In this document: positions 1 through 12,150 of the stretch, in pieces
Numbering within the stretch: the first letter of the stretch is position 1
How the letters are laid out: each line of letters begins with the position of its first letter
From: Cyanophora paradoxa CCMP329
Taxonomy: Eukaryota; Plantae; Glaucophyta
Reading direction: 5' to 3'
Length of the DNA: 64,000 nucleotides
Assembly (NCBI GenBank): GCA_004431415.1
Contig: QPMI01000078.1
Coordinates: 62,001 to 126,000 of the forward strand
Notes under the pieces: model-generated
The model's input: only the letters and a program-made list of their open reading frames with translations
Database searches by the model: none
Told to the model about the DNA's origin: nothing
Position numbers and translations under genes: made by a program

Positions 1-1184
1 CCGCGTCGCCGCCTCCGCCCGGCGGGGCTGCCCACGCCCAGTCCCAGCAGCCGGCCTCGGCCCGGGCGCGCTCGGCCGGCCCCGCCGGCACGTCGGCGTC
101 GACGTCGGTCGTCGGTGCTCCGAGCCAGGGCGCCTTCGAGCTGGTCGCCGGCCGCCTCGTCGTGTACGCCCCGCCCGCCCGCCCGCCGAAGCCTTCGTTC
201 GGGCCCGTCCTCTAACCAAAGCGCAGGCGGGGCGGGGGGCCCGGGGCGCTGGAGGCGGCGCTGGAGCGCTGCGGGGGTCCTTTCGAGGCCCTCGAGCTCG
301 CGGGGGTGCCCCTCCCCTCCGCCCTCACCCCGCCCGCCCTCCGCCGCCTCCGCCGCCCCGAGGGCCCCTCTCGCCTCCTCCTCTCCGCCAACGGCCTCGC
401 CAGCCTGCCCCAGGCCCGCCCCGCCCGCCCCGCCCCGCCCCGCCCCGCCCCGCCTCACAAGGGGGCGCAGCTGGAGGCGCTGGCGGGGGCCTTCGGGCCG
501 CGCCTGCGGGAGCTCGAGCTGCGGGAGAACGCGGCGTGCGGGCTGGCGCTCTTGCGGCCCTTCGCCGCCGCTGCCTTCCCCGCCCTCGCCGCCCTCAACG
601 GCGCCCCGTCACCCCGCCGAGCGCGCCCGCGGCCAGCTCCTCTTCGGCGCGCCTGTACCCTGCCCCACCCCGCCCGCCCCGCCCCGGGACGCCACTGACG
701 GGCGCGTGCGCGCGCGCGAGCGAGCGCAGGTCGCCTGCGCCGCCTCGCGGAGGGCGCCACCGCGGGGTCGGCGAGGAGGCCGGCGGGCCCTCGGCACGCC
801 CCGAGGGCGCCGGCGCGCCCGCCGCGCCGGCCCCCGGCACCGGCCCGCACGCCGCCGCCGCCGCCGCCTGTGCGCCTCTCTCTACCCCGCCCCGAGCTGG
901 CCCCTCCCCGCCCCGCTGCGCTGACACCGATACCGGCCGCGGGCAGTCGTGGAGGGGCGGTGGAGCACGCGGCGCGCGTCTGCGAGCGGCTGGCGCGGCT
1001 CGAGGCGGCGTGGCCGGCCGTCGTCGCCGCCCTCGTGCGACAGGGCCTGCGCGACGCGGAGGCCGCCCGCGGGGCGCGCCCGGCGCCGGTCAGCACCGCC
1101 CCCGCCGAGCTCGACTGGGCGCGCGTGTCCGTGACGGACCTCGCCGCGTTCACCGCCCGCGACCGCTGTACCCTGCCTCGCTAG
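1..1184 (+). CDS. 3' part of leucine-rich repeat protein, LRRC49-like (ciliary/tubulin polyglutamylase complex subunit); spliced, starts upstream of the window
   Basis: Spliced peptides LLLSANGLASLPQ, RLRELELRENAACGLALLRPF, AALNGAPVTPAERARGQLLFG (LRR + LRRcap-like). C-terminal RLEAAWPAVVAALVRQGLRD resembles the LRRC49 'LWP.MF.ELV.DAV' tail. Confidence 0.55.
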
Positions 1185-1524
1185 CTTGCCGAGCCCCGCC
1201 CCGCCCCGCCCCGCCCGCGCGCGGCCCCGCTCCCGGCCCGCTTGTGAGCGCTGGCGGCCTAGGCCTCAGCGGGGCCTCGGAACACTGACAAAGTTACGAC
1301 ATACATATGCATACATCTTATACCTGTCTAGATCTTAAGTAAGTAAAGTAGGATCGCATTTACAGCATGCAAGACGGCACGCGCAGTAACTTGATAATGC
1401 ATAGAAAGTAAGCAGAGCCCCCGCCGCCCCTGCGGCAGGGGCCTAGAGTAAAACGGAAGAGGGGGGGGGGGGCGGAGGAGGAACGGTCACCCGGCGGCGT
1501 GCGCGGGGTGGAGCGGCTGAGCTG

Positions 1525-4500
1525 CTAGCCATGGGGCGCCTCGAGGCGGTAGTGGGAGAGGTAGAAGGAGGCCCCCGCGGAGCTGAAGAAGGCGGCGGCG
1601 TCGGCGGCGAGGCGCGCCGCCTCGCGCGGCGCCAGCAGCCGCCCGCAGCGCGCCGCCAGCTCCGCCCGCGCCACCGCCGCCGCCGCAGGCATGCCCCGCC
1701 GCTCCGCCCCCGCGCCGCCCGCCGCAGCGCCGCCGCCGCCTGCGCCGCCTGCGCCGCGGCGCTGGCGGCGGCGTGGCGCGGGGCGAGTTCGGCGGCGGCG
1801 AGGGCGGCGCGGGCCCGCAGCAGCTCGCCGAGCGGCTCGAGGCTCTTGTGCCGCTTGAGCCGGCGCGCCGCCGCCGCCGCGAGCCGCGAGAGCAGCGCCG
1901 CGGCGCGGGCCGCGTCGGGCGAGTGCGGCGGGGCCGCCGGCTTGCGCTCCGGGGTGGGCGGGCCGCTGGCGGGGCCGGCGGGGCGGCGATGATGTCGATG
2001 ACGGCCAGGGGGCCCCATCCGCCGAGTCGGCGCGGTGCGCGAGGGCGCCGGCGGCGTGGCGGGGCGGCTTGGGGGCGGGCGGGGGCGGGGCCTCGGGGTG
2101 GCCCGGGGGGCCCGCGGGTCGAGCACGCCGGCCTCGGAACGGACGAGGGCGGCCGTGAAGCCCGGCGGCCGCGGCGACCGCGGGGCGAGGCCGCCGGCGG
2201 AAGGCCGCCGCCGCTGCCGGCGCTGCCGCCGCTGGCGGCGCGGGGCGGCGAGGGCGGGGTGGAGGCCCCGCGGACGCTCTCGGCGCGCGAGGGGCGGGCG
2301 GGGGCGCCGGGGCGACGGCGCCGCGGGGCGCGGGGCGGCGGCGGGGCCGGCGGCGTCGGAGAGGGAGGCGGCCTCGGTGCCGGGCCCGCCGCCCGCCCCG
2401 AGAGCGACAGGGACGAGACGGCCGAGCCCGAGCCCCCCGGCGGGCTGCCCCCGCTCCCCCGCCGGACGTCCACGACGGCCACGGGCGCCGGCTCCGGCGC
2501 CGGCGCCGGCGGCGGCCCGCAGAGCCGCGGGCCTCGGGCTGTACCAGGCGGATCGGCCGGCGAGGCCGCCCCCGCGCTGGTGTCGGCGGCCGAGCTGGAG
2601 CCGGGGGGCGCCTCGGAGCGCGCGCTGGCGTCGTGGTGGTGCTCGGCCCCCGGCGCCGCCATCACCTCCTCCAGCGCCTCCGCCACGAGCGCTGCGCCCG
2701 AGCGTAAGCCCCCCGGGGGTACAGGTGGACGGGGCGGGGGGCGGGGGGTACCGGGGACGTCGGCCTCCCAGAGCTCGTCGCCGGCGGGGACTCGTAGAGG
2801 GCGGCGAAGGCCCCGCCCCACTCGAGCGCCTCCCGCGCGTGCCCCGCACGCGCCGCCAGCCCGCAGAGCGCCGCCGCGCCGCACAGCAGCAGCGCGGGGG
2901 GCCCGTCCCCGGGTGGCCCTCCTCCGGCCCCGCCGGCACGACCTGGACGTGGTGCGAGCTCCGCCGCCTCTTCCGCGCCGGCGTCTCCCAGGCCAGGGGC
3001 GCCTCCCCGCCGCCACCCCCGCCGCCTCCAGCCCGGCCGCCATCGCCGCGTGCGGCGTGCAGGCGCGCAGCCGCCGCGAGTCAATCGCGCGCCGCGCCGC
3101 CAGCAGCGCCGGCCCGTCGTTCGTCTGCGCGGGCGCGGGGCCGCCTCGGCGGGGCGGCGGGAGGGAGGGCGGGGGCGCGTGACGTCACGCACGCGGAGGG
3201 CGACGGCGGCGGCGGCGTAGGCGCCCTCGGAGAGGCCGGGCCCGGAGAGGGGCCCCGGGCCGTCCACGGGGCCGACGCCTCGGCGCACTCGTCGGCGGCC
3301 CGCGCGAGGTCCACCGCCGCCTCCAGGTCCGCCCGCGAGGCGTACGTCAGCAGCGCCGCCTGCGCCCGCGCCGCCAGCGCCGCCGCGAGCGCGTGCAGGT
3401 CGCCGGCCTCGCTCGCCGCGCTGCAGGCCGCCGCCGCGTGCGCTGCCGCCGCGCCCCAGTCCGCCGACGAGGCCGCCTCGTGCGCCGCCAGCGCCGAGAT
3501 CGCCGCCGCCGCGCGCCGCGCGTCGGCGTCGTCGCCGGCGCGCGCGGCGGCCGCCTCGGCGGAGCGGAGGAAACGGGCGGCGAGGGCGCGGAGGCCGGAG
3601 CGGCGGAGGAGGAGGCGAGGGCGGCGCGGGACTGGGCGCGGGAGGCCGGCCCGAGGCCGCGGGCGCCGCGGGCGAGGGCGAGCGAGACGATGGCGAGCTC
3701 GCGGGGGCGCCCTCCGCGAGCGCCAGCCCCTGCAGCCGCCAGAGCGCCGCGTGCCGCTCCTCGGCGAGCGGCAGCGGGCCCGCCCGCTCGGCCCGCACGA
3801 GAGCGCCGTCCCCAGCGCCACCCTGCGGGGCGGGCGAGCGTGAGGGGCGACCCGGGCCGGGCCGGGGCCGGGGGGCGCACGAGATGGCGTCGCGGGCGGC
3901 GCGGGCGGCGCCGCTTGCGCCGGCCTCCGGGAGCTGCGCGCGCGCGGGGCGTGAGGCGGAGCGGGCGGGCGGGCCGGGGCGGGGCGAGGAGGGCGGGGCG
4001 CACGGGGTCGCCGAGGAGCTCGAGGGTGCGGCGGTAGTAGCGGCGGGCGCGCTCGGGCTGGCGCGCGAAGAGCGCCGCGTCGCCGGCGAGGCGGCTCCAG
4101 CGGGCGCGCCGCAGCGCGGGGACCACGGCCTGGCTCTGCGCCGCCAGCTCCAGCAGCTTCCCGAAGTGGTGCCTGCCGCGCGCGCCCGGCCCGTCGGCGG
4201 CAGAAGCGAGGCGGGAAGGCGCGGGGCGGGGCGGGGAAAGCGCACGCGGTCTCGTGGGCGGCGGAGCAGGCCCAGGCCTGCTCCCCGGCCAGCTCGAGGT
4301 GCTGGGGGCGGGCGGGCGTGAGGCACGCAAAGCGGGCAGGCGGGGCGGGGCCGGGGCCGGGGCGCACCAGGACGGCGCGGGGGGCGTCTCCCGCGTCCAG
4401 GAAGTGGGAGGCGACGAGGGCGTGCGGGGCGGCGGCCCCCGCGATGGCGACGTGGTACTCGGCGACGCGCGAGTGGAGCAGGCAGCGGAGCGCGTGCGTC

Positions 4501-7500
4501 GTGAGGCTGTACGCGACCTCCTTGACGAGGGTGTGGCGGAAGGCCCAGAGGCCGCCCTGCTCGCCCAGCTCGGGCACGGCCGAGTGGGCGTCGAAGGCGG
4601 CCTCGCCCTCCTCGTCCTCGCGGCGGGCGATGAAGCCCTGCTCCTCGAGGGCGGCGAGGGCGGCGGTGACGTCCTGCCCCGCGAGCTCCTCGGGGACGAC
4701 GGCGCGGACCATGCCCTCGGTGAAGAGCATGCCGCAGACGGCGGCGACCTTGAGGACCGTCTGTGCGGTGGGCGCCAGGCGGTCGATGCGGGAGCAGATG
4801 ACGCGGTGGACGGACTCGGCCTCGGAACGGAGGCCCGCGAGGACGCCCTCGCCCCCGAGCTCCTGCGCCAGCTCCACGCGGCGGCCGTCCGGCGAGAGCT
4901 GCACTACCCCGTGCTCCCACAGGTACCCCACCTGCGCCGCTCCGTTAGAAGGGCGCGGGGGCGGGAGGCTGAGGGGGGGGGGGGGGGGGAGGGGGGGGGG
5001 GGGGAAGAGCGGGCCATCTGGGTGACGAAGAAGGGGAGGCCGGCGGTGCGGGCAGCCAGGAAGGCGACCAGGGCGGGGGGTACCCGCTCGTTCGGGTTCC
5101 CGTCCTGCGACGTCCGCCGGCCCCGCCCCGTCGCCGGCGCCGAGCGCGGATCGGCCTCCGAGTGGTGGTCGTCCCCGGCCTCGCTGCCGGGCCCGCCGCT
5201 GCTCGGCCCGCCCGAGACGCGCATGACGGCCAGGACGAGCTGCTCGATCTCGGCCGGCTGGAGCGGGGCCAGCTCGAGGCAGGTGACGGCCGCCGAGTCC
5301 AGGACGCGCTCGATGAGCGCCGCGTCGGGCCGCTCGGGGGCCGGCCGCATCGCCACCACGATCAGCACGCCCTGCGGCGGGTGCGCCGCCAGGTACCCGA
5401 GCGCCGCCCACGACGCCGAGTCGGCCCTGCGCGCGGCTCAGCTCAGCGGCAATCCAACCAAACTACGTTCGGTTGGGGCGGGGCGGACCAGTGTGCGTCC
5501 TCGAAGACGAGGAGCAGGGGCCCGTCGATGGCGGCGGCGCCCTCGAGGAGCGTCCCCAGCAGCGCGAACTGTTCGTCCAGCGGCGAGACGCCGTGCCCGC
5601 TCCCCGTCCCGCTCCGCCGCCGGCGCCGCCCCGAGCCCTCCGCCCCCGAGCCGCTCCACCCCGCGAGGGCCCGCCCCGAGGCGGCCGCGGATAGGAGGCG
5701 GCTGACGGAGGCGGCGAGGGCGGCGAGGGCCGGGTCTGGCGCGGGGGCCCCGCGCCCCCGGGCCCACCAGATCCTCCCCCGTCAGGATGCTGAAGACCCG
5801 CTGGAGGGCGTCCGAGGGCCCGCGGCGGGGCCGGCGGGGGCGGCGTGCGGGCCGCGCCCGAAGAAGGCCCCCAGGTCGGCGACGCCGCCTAGGGCGGCAA
5901 AGCCGCCCGGGGCGGCGCCGGCCCACGCGCCGTGGTCCTCCGACATCCGCCGCGCCGTCCGCCGCGGCGTGCGCTCTCCCTCGCTCGGCGCCCCCACGTG
6001 CCCCAGCGCCATCGCCGGCGCCAGGGTGGCCCCGTGGGAGCCCGAGGCGGAGGAGGCGGCGGGGTCGGCGGCGGGGAGGCCGGAGCGGGGCCCACGGAAG
6101 GAGCGGAGGAGGGCGGCGGCGCGCTGCGTGAGCGAGCCGAAGCGGGGCGGCGCGGCGACGGCGGCGAAGCTCCGCGGTGGCGGCGTCGTCCCCGTCGAGT
6201 TGGAGCGGGAGCCGACCGCCCGCGGGCCGGAGGCGCCGCCGCCGCTCGGCGACTCGGCGCGGCTCCCGTCGTGCGAGTGGGAGCGGGAGCCGACGCGGCG
6301 CTGGGGCGGCGGGCTCGCCACCACGACGAGCGGGGGGACCGCCGGCTCGGGCGAGAGCGAGGGCGAGGGCGAGTCGGCGGTGGCGGCGACGGCGGGGGCG
6401 CCGGGGAGGGAGGAGGAGGAGGGCCCGTCAAAGGCGCCCTCGGGGGGCGGGAGGGGCCCGGAGCTGGGCCTGCACCCGCCGGCCTGGGGCGGCGGGGCGG
6501 AGGGCAGGACGGCGCGGGAGGCGGCGAGCGAGGCGAGGGCGCTGCGGAGGAGGAGGATGGAGGAGCCGTTGCGCGGCAGCAGCGCCGCCGCCGAGCTCGG
6601 CGCCCGCCGCCCGTTCGGCGTCGAGCCCGAGGCCGCCCCGGGGCCCGAGGCGGCGGCGGCGGCCGCCAGCTGGAGGGCCTGGCCCGTGAGAGACCCGATG
6701 CCGCCGCCGCCCCCTCCGGAGGCGCCCGGGGCCGCGCCCGGGGCCGGGGTCGCCTCGGCGAGGCGCTGGAGGGAGTGGGACGGGGAAGAGCGGCTGGGCG
6801 AGAAGGCGGCGATCGAGGCCGGCGCGACCGTGGAGAGGGAGGTGCGCCCGAGGAGGCTGGAGAGGGAGGGCGGGTCGGCCCGGGGCGCCCGCTGCGGCGA
6901 GGGCGGCGAGGCGCTCGTCCACTGGCCGCGCACGGCGGTGACGGCCGCGGGCGGGCGGGCCGGCGTCGAGGGCTCCCCCGTCTCCCGGCTCCCAGGGGTC
7001 CTCGGCTGCGTCCCGTGCGGCGACTCCCGCACCGGCTCCAGCGCCCCCGACGCGGCCGCCCCGGAGGCCGAGGGCGGGACCGCCTCCTCGTCGCCGGACT
7101 CGGGCTCGGAGGGGCGGCGGGAGGTGAGGCGGGAGCGGGTGAAGGCGGGGGTCATGGAGCCCCCCGGGGCGTGGGCGGGGAAGGGGGCGAGCAGGGTGCG
7201 GCAGTCGGCCTCGGAGAGGCCGAGGAGGTGGAGGAGCGGGGCGCGCCAGGCGTGCAGCGGGGTCGCGCTCTTGAAGAAGGAGCACTTGGCGAGGAGGGCC
7301 TGCACGGTCGCCTCGCGCGCCTGGCCCACGAAGTGCTGGACGAGCATGGACTTGCCGTGGCCCGCCTCGGCCTCGAGCACGAGCATGCCGGGGGGCCGTC
7401 CCTCGAGGAGCGCCGCCAGGTGCTCCCCGAAGGCCTCCCGCTCCGCCCCGCGCCCCACCAGCCGCGCCACCGCCGGCGCGCTCGACCGCCGCGTCGAGGC

Positions 7501-10500
7501 CCCCGAGTGCCGCCGCGAGCCCGGCAGCGGGAGGTGCAGCGGGGACGGGGGCCCCGGCCCGGGCCCCGCCTTCGGGCCGCCGTCGGAGTGAAGGGAGGAG
7601 CGGCGGGAGGGCGGGAGGAGGTCGGGCGGCGGCGGCGCGGCGGCGGCGGCGGCGGCGGCGATGGCGGCGTCGCGGCCGTCGTTTGCGACGCTGCCGCGGC
7701 GGCGCTGCGTGGGCGGCTCGCGGACGCTCGCGGCGCCCGGGAGGAGGAGGCCGTCGTGATCAAGGCTGGGCGGGGCCGACGAGGGCGAGCCGCGCCCGTG
7801 GAGGCTCGGGCTCCCCGCCGTCCGCAGGCGGTGCACGCGGACGGGCTGGGGGATGCCCTTGAGGGTCAGCTCCCCCGCCGGCTCTGTCGGCGCGCGCTCG
7901 CCGACGCTCCCCTGCGTGTTGCCGTCGCAGAGGAGGCAGCCGGCCTCGGCGCGCGACATCAGCCGCGACGCCAGGTTCACCGCCGCCCCGAGCCTGCGCG
8001 CCGCTCGTTCGTTCGTCCGGGCCCGCGCAGCGAAGCGCAGCGCCGGCGGCCCAGGGGAGCGGGGACTTACACTGCGTACTCGCAGCGCTGCCCGATGGAG
8101 CCGATGACCGAGCAGAAGGCGCGGCCCGTCGCCACCCCCGCGCAGCCGCCTGCGGTGCGCGCGCGCGTCAGCTCCAGGCTTCGCGGCGCGGGCTTCGAAG
8201 CGGGGCGCGCCGAAGCCGACGGCGCGGAGGGCGAGGAGCATGTCGTGGGCGGCCTTGACGGCGTAGAGGGGGTCGTCCTCGCTGGAGGTGGGCGGGAGCC
8301 CGAAGATCGCGAGCATCACGAGGTCCCCCTTGTCGTCCCTGCGGGTTTAGGGGCGGCCCGCGTCAGAGACGCGGCCGGCGGGGGCGGAGGGGCGCAGGGG
8401 AGGCGGAGGGCGGCACTGGATGAACTGGCGCATGACGCCCGAGTTGGCGTTGACGGCGCGCAGCATCGCCACCATCGCCTGCCCGCCGGCCGCCCGTCAG
8501 CCGCTGCGAAGGGCCGGGGCGGGGCGGGGCGGCGTGCCCGCTGGAAGGCGTCGGCGGCGGCGGGGGCGTCGGCGTGGGCGCCCCGGACGCGGATGCCGAG
8601 GCCCCGGGGCCCTCCTCCACCGAAAAGTCCAGCCCCGCCCCGACCTGCGAGCGGAAGGGCGCGCCGGCCTCAGCCAGCGCCCCGCACGGCGCCGGCGCCG
8701 GCGGGGCGGGCGGGGCGGGGCGTGCGGGCCTTGACAAAGACGGCGGAGACAGTGCGGAACTCGGAGAGCCAGACGGCGCGCCCCGCGGTGATCGCCGACT
8801 CGCGCCGCGAGAAGAGCGACATCCGCCGCCGGTCCCGGTCCGGCGGCGGCGCCAGGCCCCGCTCAGGCCCCGGCCCCGGCCCCTCCGTGGGCGAGCCGCG
8901 CTTGGAGGGGGCGCTGGGGAGAAGCGCCGCGGCGAGGCCGTCGGCGTGCGGCTCCTCCACCGCGTGCGGCAGCGGCGCCGCCGCCTGCGCGGCGTGCAGC
9001 GGCGGGTGCAGCAGCGGCGGCGTACTCTCCGTCGGCACGGGCCGCGTCGGCCCCGCGTTCGCCGAGCCGGCGCGGCGGCGCCCGAGGCCGCCCCCCGCCG
9101 ACATCGTCTCGAGGTCGCCGTAGAAGAAGTTGGGCGACGCGCTCCCCGCCCGCTCCAGCGCCGAGCTGCCCGTCCGCTCGAGCGCCGAGCTGCCCGTCCG
9201 CTCGAGCGCAGAGCTGCCGGTCCGCTCGAGGGCGGCGGCGGCGGCGGCGGCGGCGCGGGTCTGGCGGCGGCGGTTGTTGAGGGCGCCCGGGAGGCCCCCG
9301 ATGTCTGCGTGGAAGTGCCCGTCGACGTCCGACGAGGCCGAGGCGGCCGTGGGGAGCCCCGCGAGCGAGCGCCGCCGCTGCCGCAGCCGCACGAACTCGC
9401 CGCCGGGGTTCGAGGCCGGCGAGTCGGCCGCCTCGGGCCCGGCGGGGTGCGGAAGGCGGCGGGGCCGACGGCGGCGAGGAGGCCGGCGGGGGTCTCCGGC
9501 GGCGACGGCTCCCCGTCCCCGTGCGGGCTGCCCGGCGCGATGACGCTGACCGACTTTCGGCGGGCGCGGGGCTCCCCCGGGAGCGCCAGCGAGCCCCGGT
9601 GCCCGCCCTCGCCCGCCGGCGGCGTCCGCTCCGTCAGCGGCCGCGGGTGCGGCCCCGGCGGCGTCCCCTCGGGCGCGAGCCCGGCAAAGGCGCCGCCGCC
9701 GGACGGGCTGCCCGTGGGCGCCGCCTCGGCGGCCCGGGCATCATGATGGAGACGCGGCGCTCGTTGCCGCTGGCGCGCCGCGCCGAGGGCGGCCCGCTCG
9801 CGGGCGGCCCGCTCCCGCGCCGCTCGACCGGCGAGCTCGCCGCCGGCGGCGTACCCGTGCGATCCGCCTCTGCTTCCGAGGCGCGGCGGTCCGAGGGCGG
9901 GCCGAAGCGGCGGGAGGTGTTGGCGGGGGAGGACGAGGTGGGGACGAGCGCGGAGCCCCGCCCCGAGCGGTGCCGGCGCGAGTTGGAGCGGAAGGAGGCG
10001 GCGGACTGGGCGGAGGCGATGCCGTGGTGGAGCGGGCCGCGGCCGGAGCCGGGGCCGCCGTGCGGGGTGTGCCCCATCGCCTCGGCCATGTCGAGGGCGA
10101 CCTGGTCGATGAAGCGGAGGCCCAGCAGCGACCGCACCGGCGCCGGCACGTAGTGCAGCAGGTGGTCCTGCACCCCGATCGCCCGCCCGCCTAAGCCCAG
10201 CCCAGCGGCGGCGCGGGCGGGCGGCCAGCGGCGCGCGGGGCGCACCTCGATGCCCGGGTTCAGGGCCCGCTCGAAGTCGACGTCCTCGGCGGCGCCGGCC
10301 GCGCGAGTCAGCCGCGCCAGTTGCTCTGCTCGGCGCGTGAGGCCGGCGGGGCGGGGCGGGCGGGCGGGCGGGCGGCACCGGGCTCGAGAACGGCGTCGCC
10401 GGCGAGGGTGCTGGTCTCCGGCTCTGCGGCGAGCACGGCGGAGCCGACTCCGGAGGCGTGCTTCTGCAGCCGCACCGCCAGCGCCTCCGAGCCCTCCACC

Positions 10501-11585
10501 GCGCACTGCTCCATCAGCGCCGCCGCGCTGCGCCCCGCCCGGGTCCCGTCAGGCGCTGCCCGGCCGATCCGCCGCCGGCGCGCCGCGCCGCGCCGCGCCG
10601 CACCGGTCTGACATGACGATCTCGCCGGGCTGCAGCTTCAGCTGCCCGATCTGCAGCACGGCGGGGCCCGAGAGGAAGTACGCGAGCGCCCTGCGGGAGC
10701 GCGGCGTCGGCCGGCGGCGGGCGGGCCGGGGGCGGCGCGCTGGGCGGGGGGTACCGGTGCTGCGGGAGGGCGGCATCCTGGTCGCGGACGTGCGGCAGGC
10801 CCTCGCCGATGCCCCCGTGGAAGGCCATCACGCGCCCCGCCCCGATGCCCACCTGCCGCACCGCTCGCTCGCCGCCCGCCCGGCGCGAAGCGGCGCGAGC
10901 GCGCGCGACGGGGCGCCCAGTACCTTGACCGAAAGGCGCACGCCGGCGATTGGGTCGCTGAACGACTGGATCCGGTTCTGCAGCTCCAGCGCGCAGCGGG
11001 CGGCGCGGACGACGGCGTGCCTCGTGGCCTGGATGCACCGCTCGTCGGAGCCCGGTGCCGCGCTCGCGCATCGCTCGCAGCTCGCTCCTCTCGTCTCGTT
11101 CCCGCACGCCCTGAAGGAGGCGAGCAGCGCATCTCCGAGGAAGCCCACCACGTCGCCCCCATAGCGCGCCAGGACGGATATTTGCAGCGAGAAGAACGAG
11201 TTGAGCACTGCGCAGCTTGAAATGAGCTGCCCGCCGGGCGCAGCCGCGCAGCCCATGATACGCACCCGACTGCAGTTTCTCAACGCCAAGATCACCGCCG
11301 GACTGGAACTGGCTTGTGAGCGCTGCAGTGGTCCGCACAGATCAGCATGATGGTTTGGCGCGCAGCAGAGCAGGCGGAGGGCTTGCCTGTGAAGCCGGTA
11401 AGATCACAAGTGACGACAGCTCCCGAATAGATTTCGCCGACGACGTCCAGGGGACCCTCCCGCGGCGCTCCATGGTCCCCGACGCAGTATAATTTCACCT
11501 GCGAGAGGCAGTGAGGCGGGTGCGCCACCGGCCAACCGGGGCACCCGCCGCGCACCACCTCCCGAGGGAGGAGGCTCTGCAACAT
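1525..11585 (-). CDS. Soluble adenylate/guanylate cyclase-like protein (ADCY10/SgcA architecture: two class III cyclase domains, P-loop NTPase, helical/TPR-like C-terminus); multi-exon
   Basis: C1 motifs AVVTCDLTGFT (~11400) and RYGGDVVGFLGDALLASF (~11150). C2 motifs DKGDLVMLAIFGLPP, GVATGRAFC, LGAAVNLASRLM, LTLKGIPQPVRV (7850-8340). LVGRGAERE..VLEAEAGHGKS P-loop (~7350-7460). RTAGLPFFV, SRIDRL, FRHTLVKEVAYSL (4500-5050). Start and stop approximate. Confidence 0.85.
9140..9232 (-). repeat. 24-nt coding tandem repeat (ALERTGSS x3-4) in the cyclase linker
   Basis: cgctcgagcgccgagctgcccgtc-like unit repeated; translates ALERTGSSALERTGSSALERTGSSALERAGS. Confidence 0.85.
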
Positions 11586-12150
11586 CGTGCTTCCTCAAAC
11601 TATCTTTGCGATGGTGTCATAGCCATCTGCTGGCCCCGCAGGTCCGCTGATATGGATAGATGCAGGGGCATTTGCAACCTGCCCGGCTGCGCTAAAAGGA
11701 GACGACCAGGGCGTAGCCTAAGCACTGCAGACGAAGGGGTCTGCAGCGGCAGACAACACTGCGCCTTCTGGCGGCCAAGGCTTGTTGGTTCCCCGCCGGA
11801 GGTGTTCGCAGAGCTTCGTCTGGCGTGCGCGCACGAAGCGCTCACTACCCCCCCTGTGCGCAAGCTGCAAGCGGCAACAAAAACGGCAAGCCGCAAGCGG
11901 CGAGAGCCCCGGTCCGCAGTTCTACAGCAGCTGCAACGGTTTCTTGTTCGGCGCGTGGAGAGCGGAACTTCGACGTCTACCAAGCATGCTTCTCGGGCGC
12001 CTCGCGACGGCGCCGGCGGCAGCGGCCGGACGCGCATGTGTGACCTCCGCTCTACGTACACACTCCGCGGGGCGTGCGCTGCGACCGCATGCACTGCAGG
12101 CGGCGCCGGCGGCAGCGCGCCGTCCCGCGTCATTAGCAGCCGGCAACGCC

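Noticed and set aside
5932-9123. 1063-aa plus-strand ORF (and similar 600-1000 aa Arg/Gly/Pro-rich ORFs at 2035, 5162, 21103, 48152)
   Set aside because: These are antisense or off-frame shadows of real spliced genes; stop codons are rare at this GC content and the translations have no domain signal.
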